Below, in pieces: positions 57,480-64,000 of a DNA stretch of 64,000 nt. The number at the start of each line of letters is the position of its first letter. Within the stretch, counting starts at the first letter, position 1. Made by a program: the position numbers and the translations under genes. The notes below the pieces were generated by a model. That model was given only the letters and a program-made list of their open reading frames with translations, had not been told where the DNA came from and ran no database searches. Source of the stretch: the human T2T-CHM13v2.0 reference genome, Homo sapiens; the NCBI RefSeq assembly GCF_009914755.1, contig NC_060937.1; one strand, given 5' to 3'.

Positions 57480-59965
57480 TGGCATTAACAACCCACCCTA
57501 AAACTTAAGTTACTTTAAACAACCAGAGACCGCCGAGGTGCGGGCTGTGAGAGAGGGAGCGTGGAGCCTCCGAGGCCGAGGACTCGGTCCCAGTTTGGAC
57601 AGATAGAAGATGTGAGCGCTCTCCCTCTCCCTCTCCCTCTCCGTCTCCCTCTCCCTCTCCCCACGGTCTCCCTCTCATGTGGAGCCGAAGCTGGACTGTA
57701 CCGCTGCCATCTCGGCTCACTGCAACCTCCCTGCCTGATTCTCCTGCCTCAGCCTGCCGAGTGCCTGCGATTGCAGGCACGCGCCGCCACGCCTGACTGG
57801 TTTTGGTGGAGACGGGGTTTGGCTGTGTTGGCCGGGCCGGTCTCCAGCCCCTAACCGCGAGTGATCCGCCAGCCTTGGCCTCCCGAGGTGCCGGGATTGC
57901 AGAGGGAGTCTCGTTCACTCAGTGCTCAATGGTGCCCAGGCTGGAGTGCAGTGGCGTGGTCTCGGCTCACTACAACCTACACCTCCCAGCCGCCTGCCTT
58001 GGCCTCCCAGAGTGCCGAGATTGCAGCCTCTGCCCGGCCGCCACCCCGTCTGGGAAGTGAGGAGTGTCTCTGCCTGGCCGCCCATCGTCTGGGATGTGAG
58101 GAGCCCCTCTGCCTGGCTGCCCAGTCTGGAAAGTGAGGAGTGTCTCCGCCCAGCCGCCATCCCATCTAGGAAGTGAGGAGCGCCTCTTCCCAGCCGCCAT
58201 CACATCTAGGAAGTGAGGAGCGTCTCTGCCCGGCCGCCCATCGTCTGAGATGTGGGGAGCGCCTCTGCCCCGCCGCCCCATCTGGGATGTGAGGAGCGCC
58301 TCTGCCCGGCCGAGACCCCGTCTGGGAGGTGAGGAGCGTCTCTGCCCGGCCGCCCCGTCTGAGAAGTGAGGAGACCCTCTGCCTGGCAACCACCCCGTCT
58401 GAAAAGTGAGGAGCCCCTCCGCCCGGCAGCCGCCCCGTCTGGGAGGTGAGGAGCCTCTCCGCCCGGCAGCCACCCCATCTGGGAGGTGAGGAGCGTCTCT
58501 GCCCGGCAGCCACCCCGTCCGGGAGGGAGGTGGGGGGGGTCAGCCCCCCGCCCGGCCAGCTGCCCCATCCGGGAGGTGAGGGGCGCCTCTGCCCGGCCGC
58601 CCCTACTGGGAAGTGAGGAGCCCCTCTGCCCGGCCAGCCGCCCCGTCCGGGAGGGAGGTGGGGGGGTCAGCCCCCCGCCCGGCCAGCCGCCCCGTCCGGG
58701 AGGGAGGTGGGGGGTCAGCCCCCCGCCCGGCCAGCCGCCCCGTCCGGGAGGGAGGTGGGGGGGTCAGCCCCCCACCCGGCCAGCCGCCCCGTCCGGGAAG
58801 GAGGTGGGGGGGGTCAGCCCCGCCGCCCGGCCAGCCGCCCCGTCCGGGAGGTGAGGGGCACCTCTGCCCGGCCGCCCCTACTGGGAAGTGAGGAGCCCCT
58901 CTGCCCGGCCAGCCGCCCCGTCCGGGAGGGAGGTGGGGGGGTCAGCCCCCTGCCCGGCCGGCCGCCCCGTCCGGGAGGTGAGGGGCGCCTCTGCCCGGCT
59001 GCCCCTACTGGGAAGTGAGGAGCCCCTTTGCCCGGCCACCACCCCGTCTGGGAGGTGTGCCCAACAGCTCATTGAGAACGGGCCAGGATGACAATGGTGG
59101 CTTTGTGGAATAGAAAGGCGGGAAAGGTGGGGAAAAGATTGAGAAATCGGATGGTTGCCGTGTCTGTGTAGAAAGAAGTAGACATGGGAGACTTTTCATT
59201 TTGTTCTGCACTAAGAAAAATTCTTCTGCCTTGGGATCCTGTTGATCTGTGACCTTACCCCCAACCCTGTGCTCTCTGAAACATGTGCTGTGTCCACTCA
59301 GGGTTAAATGGATTAAGGGCGGTGCAAGATGTGCTTTGTTAAACAGATGCTTGAAGGCAGCATGCTTGTTAAGAGTCATCACCAATCCCTGATCTCAAGT
59401 AATCAGGGACACAAACACTGCGGAAGGCCGCAGGGTCCTCTGCCTAGGAAAACCAGAGACCTTTGTTCACTTGTTTATCTGCTGACCTTCCCTCCACTAT
59501 TGTCCCATGACCCTGCCAAATCCCCCTCTGTGAGAAACACCCAAGAATTATCAATAAAAAAATAAATTAAAAAAAATAAATAAATAAAAATAAACAACCA
59601 CTGTTCATTATTTCCTGCAATTGTGTGGGCCAGCAGTTTGGGCTATGATCAGCTGGAATGTTTCTCTACTAATAGCAGTCATCAGGCAGCTCGAATGGGG
59701 TGGGAGTCTAAAATCGCCTTGTTCACACATTAGGGGTTCTGGCTTCTCTTGGCTGGGCCTCTTCTCCATGTGGTCTCTCACTCAGCAGTCTAGTCTGGAC
59801 TCCTTACATGATGACGGGAATGTCCCAAAAGAGCTAAGGCAGAAGATGTCTTGAGGCCTAAGTTCCAGAACTCACATATCTACCACATTCTACTGGCCAA
59901 AGCAAGTACAAGGCCAGCCCAGATTCAATGGGCGGTAAACAGACTATTTCTTGATGGAAGAAGGT
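57480..59965. mobile_element. Old MaLR LTR (MLT1-like) interrupted by the SVA
   Basis: 'aacaacccaccctaaaacttaagttactttaaacaacca|ctgttcattatttc...ctaccacattctactggccaaagcaagtacaaggccagcccagattcaa' is MLT1-type text that continues across the SVA TSD. Confidence 0.6.
57526..59590 (+). mobile_element. Full-length SVA retrotransposon (SVA_F-like) with 5' leader, antisense in ZDHHC20 intron 1
   Basis: (CCCTCT)n about 57619-57662; Alu-like domain to about 58030; GC-rich VNTR to about 59060; SINE-R; AATAAA at 59553 then A tail. TSD TAAACAACCA at 57516-57525 and 59591-59600. The end 'aattatcaataaaaaaataaattaaaa' matches the recalled SVA_F consensus. Confidence 0.95.
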
Positions 59966-61135
59966 ACAAATTATTATTATTATTATACTTTTTTTTTTTT
60001 TTGGAGACAGAGTCTCACTCTGTGGCCCAGGCTGGAGAGCAGTGACATGATCTCAGCTCACTGCAACCTCTGCCTCCAGGGTTCAAGCGATTCTCCTGCC
60101 TCAGCCTCCTGAGTACCTGGGATTACAGGTGTGTGCTAATTTTTGTATTTTTAGTAGAGATGGGGTTTTGCCACGTTGATGAAGCTGGTCTCGAACTCCT
60201 GACCTCAGGTGATCTGCCCACCTCGGCCTCCCAAAATGCTGGGATTACAGGCGTGAGCCACTGCACCCAGATGGTGCAAATTATTATAGTCATGTTTTTC
60301 AATCTATTACACTAAGCAGAGATCATGGTGGTTTAAAGGAGTGTAACAGTTGCAGTAGTAGTGGTGAGAAGCAGCTGGATTTTAGACATTTAATGACAGA
60401 ACAAGCTGATTATCCAGATGGAGAATGACTTTTCAACCCAAGAAGTAGAAGGATACAGCTGTCATTTACTGAGCTATTAGGAGCAGCAGGTTCAAGGGAG
60501 AAAAAAAAAGAAAATCAAGAGTTTTGTCTACAATGCCTATTAGATCTCCAAGCAGAGATGTCAAGTAAACAGATTAGAGTCCGGAATTCAGCATACTACT
60601 ACTTCTCTGCCGGAAAGGGAGCGGGCAGAGAAGCAGCCAGGCTTTTACTTGCATGACTAGGGCATAAGGTTCTTCTGAACAGTCTGACTTGGTTTCTAGG
60701 TTGTCCAGCATCTTTCTCTTCCACATTTCTTGTCTTTCAAGAAAGCAGGGAAGCCCCAGAGAAGGTTGAGTTTATGTGGGGAAATAAAACAGATCTTTTT
60801 TTTCATTTGATTTTAGGTGGGTTTTTAAATATATATATTTACAGAGCTCTCTCAGACCAGTATGCTATCTGGTAACACAGAAAATAATACCAGGACAGAT
60901 TAACTCACTAGTAGTCATGAGAAAAAAAACTTTTTCTTCAAAAATAACAAAAAGTAAAAGAGAAGGCTAAGGTAACTGCAGAATTCAAATAAACAGGTCT
61001 TCTGGCCACTGTATCTTTCAAAGGCAAGTTATCTAGAAAATTACTACACTCTCGCATCTGAAAATAGATGCGAAATGATAAAATTAATAAAAAGGTGGTT
61101 TTTTTTTTTTTTGGAGACAGGGTCTCACTCTGTAA

Positions 61136-61410
<275 letters not shown>

Positions 61411-62135
61411 TAATTCTAATTCACATTTAACTTTTCCTATAAGTATGCCAACCACTGAGGATAAGATTTAGGGAAATAGGTTTTTTAAACCATGTCGGCA
61501 TAATTTCAAAGAATCACTGTTTCATAACCCAAAACAAAGACTGTATGTAGGACCAATAAGCCATTTCACGTAGCCTTTACCACTAAAGATTGTGAAATAC
61601 ATGTTTTGTAACTATAATTAGTATTATTATTCTAGATGTTTGTGTGTCCTAACATTCAAACACGATTCAAGTGAGTTTACAAGAGTATGATTCAATTCAA
61701 TTCAAGTTATATTAATTTAAAGTCTACTAGCACTAGGCTCTAATGGATACAAGAACAAACAGGACCCAATTATACTATAAGTCTTGTAAGCAGGATTATT
61801 CAGGTACATAAATAAATATAAGAAAGTGCATACTTTTAATTTATATTCTAATTCAATGTACAAATGATGTGAGGAGGCTTACTAGAAATATATTCCTAAA
61901 TAAAACTGTGAATATGTTTTGAAAACAGAAAAATACAAATTAGGATGTGAAGTGAAGAGTAGGGGAGAAATACTGATACATAATACACAGATGAACCTCA
62001 AAAACATTATGCTATGCAAAATACACCTGACAAAAAAGACCACTTATTGGCCGGGCACGGTGGCTCAAACCTGAAACCCCAGCACTTTGGGAGGCTGAGG
62101 CAGGTGGATCACCTGAGGTCAGGAGTTCAAGACTA

Positions 62136-62357
<222 letters not shown>

Positions 62358-62699
62358 TTATTGTATGATTCCATTTATTTTTTTCCCTTTTTAAATTTTT
62401 CTTGGTTTTTATGCTAATCTTCTCTGTACTCTTCCAATTTTAGTATATGTGTTGCAAGCATGTATTATTCCAGTTATATGGGATGTTCAGAAAAGGCATT
62501 TGGAGACAACATGGATTAGTGGTTGCCTTGGGCTGGGGGTGGGAAGAAGGATTAACTGTAAATGGGCATGAGGGATCTTAATGTGGCGACAGAAATTTTC
62601 AAAAAACGGATTGTTGTGATGACTGCAAAACTTGGCAAATTTACTAAAAATAACTGCATTGTACATCTTAAATTAGTGAATTTTATGACATGCAAACTA

Positions 62700-64000
62700 T
62701 GTCTCGATCAAGTTGTCTTTAAAAACTAAAGGCAAAATTAAAACTTTTACAAACATACAAAAACTGAAATGATTCAGTCCAGCTGACTTGCACTACAATA
62801 AACGTTAAAAGAGGCCCTTCAGGCAGAAGGAAATGACACTAGATGGATTTACAAAAAGGAATGAAGAGAACTAGAAATGGTAACTATAGGAATAAATACA
62901 TATATTTTGGGTTTTTTAAACCTAAATCTTTAAAAACTATTAATATAATCAACTGTTTAAACATAGTAGCAATACAGTGTGAGGTTTACAACATATAAAA
63001 TGCACCATAATAGCATAAAGGCCAAGATGGAAGAGATAGAAGTATACTTTTATAAGGTATTATATATGAAACAGTACGTAACTTGAAGGTAGACTGTGAT
63101 AACTCAAAGACACATGTTATAAGCCCTAAAGCAATCAATAAAGTAACAAAAAGAATTACTAGTAATATGCCAATAAGGAGATAGAATCATTTTTAAAAAT
63201 CAAAATTAAAAAAATTGTAAAGATCAATTAATTCAAAAGAAGGTCAAAGAAGGAGAAAATGGAACAAAGAAGAGGACAGACAATAAAACAAAAGAGCAAA
63301 TGATAGACTTAAGCCTATATCAATAATCACATTAAATGTAGATGGTCAAAACCCCCTATTAAAAGGCAGAGATTTTCAGGTTGGATTTTAAAAGACCCAA
63401 ATATATGCTCTTTACGAGAATTACAATTTAAATATAAGACACATACACATTAAAAGGACAGAGAAAGATACATCATGCTCACAATAATTAAAAGAAAGAT
63501 TAGTGCCCATGTTAATATCTGCCAAAGCAGATTTCAGAGTAAACAATATCACCAGGGGTAATAAAGTCACTTCATAATGTTAAGTGAGCCAACTGGTCAA
63601 TAGGATATTGCAATCCTAAATGTTTTATGCACCTAATTACACAGATGTAAAATACGAGGCAAAAACTGATAGAACTACAAGGAGAAATAAATCACAATTA
63701 TAGTTATACCTCTCTTAATAACTGAGAGAACAAACAGGAAAGCAAGAAAATAGAGGACTTGAATAACACTACCAACTTGCCTTAACTGACATTTATGGAG
63801 CATTATGACATAACAGAATACTCCACCCAGCAACAAACAGCACAATACATTGCTGAGTACAGACATATTTTTCGTAAGCACACATGGAACACAGCTCAGA
63901 CAGACCACATTCTGGGCTATAAAACAAGCCTGAATACATTTTAAAGGATTTAAGTCATACAAAGTATGTTCTCTGACCACAAGGAAATTTGAAATCAATA
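62700..64000 (+). mobile_element. Ancient L1M ORF1 end to ORF2 endonuclease region, runs off the window edge
   Basis: tcaataatcacattaaatgtagatggtc...attaaaaggcagagattttcaggttggattt...acatttaaaggatttaagtcatacaaagtatgttctctgaccac; degenerate. Confidence 0.75.

Noticed and set aside
57505-59565. Long Pro/Gly/Arg-rich ORFs; VNTR superficially like a CRISPR array
   Set aside because: GC-rich SVA tandem repeat with few stops, no unique spacers and no cas genes, in a primate intron.

Overview
Human-type (primate) genomic DNA: AT-rich, about 45 Alu copies, no bacterial features. The window lies entirely inside ZDHHC20 (DHHC palmitoyl S-acyltransferase 20) on the minus strand. Seven GT-AG exons read by hand (35995-36021, 31404-31507, 23994-24114, 13137-13206, 11993-12025, 10713-10833, 2059-2191) splice in frame into ...FTIFGNEENGKTVVYLVAFHLFFVMFVWSYW...[37 protein letters not shown]...GKNRTTI(E). 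Exon 1 lies beyond 64000 and the 3' exons lie before position 1. Almost all of the supplied ORF track is repeat-derived noise. The introns hold a full-length SVA_F-type element carrying an unexplained 93-nt CpG-rich 5' leader inside its TSDs, an internally deleted L1PA7-like element, a near full-length Tigger1 with three nested insertions, several LTRs and old L1M fragments. The strongest findings are: (1) an in-frame 36-nt cassette microexon (LCRRKSTESCPK) with neural-type UGC and YCAY splicing motifs; (2) the 5'-transducing SVA; (3) a 39-bp fold-back hairpin about 330 nt downstream of exon 7; (4) a candidate 15-nt microexon that would split the TTxE motif. Exon numbers and repeat subfamily names come from recalled consensus sequences, not from a search.
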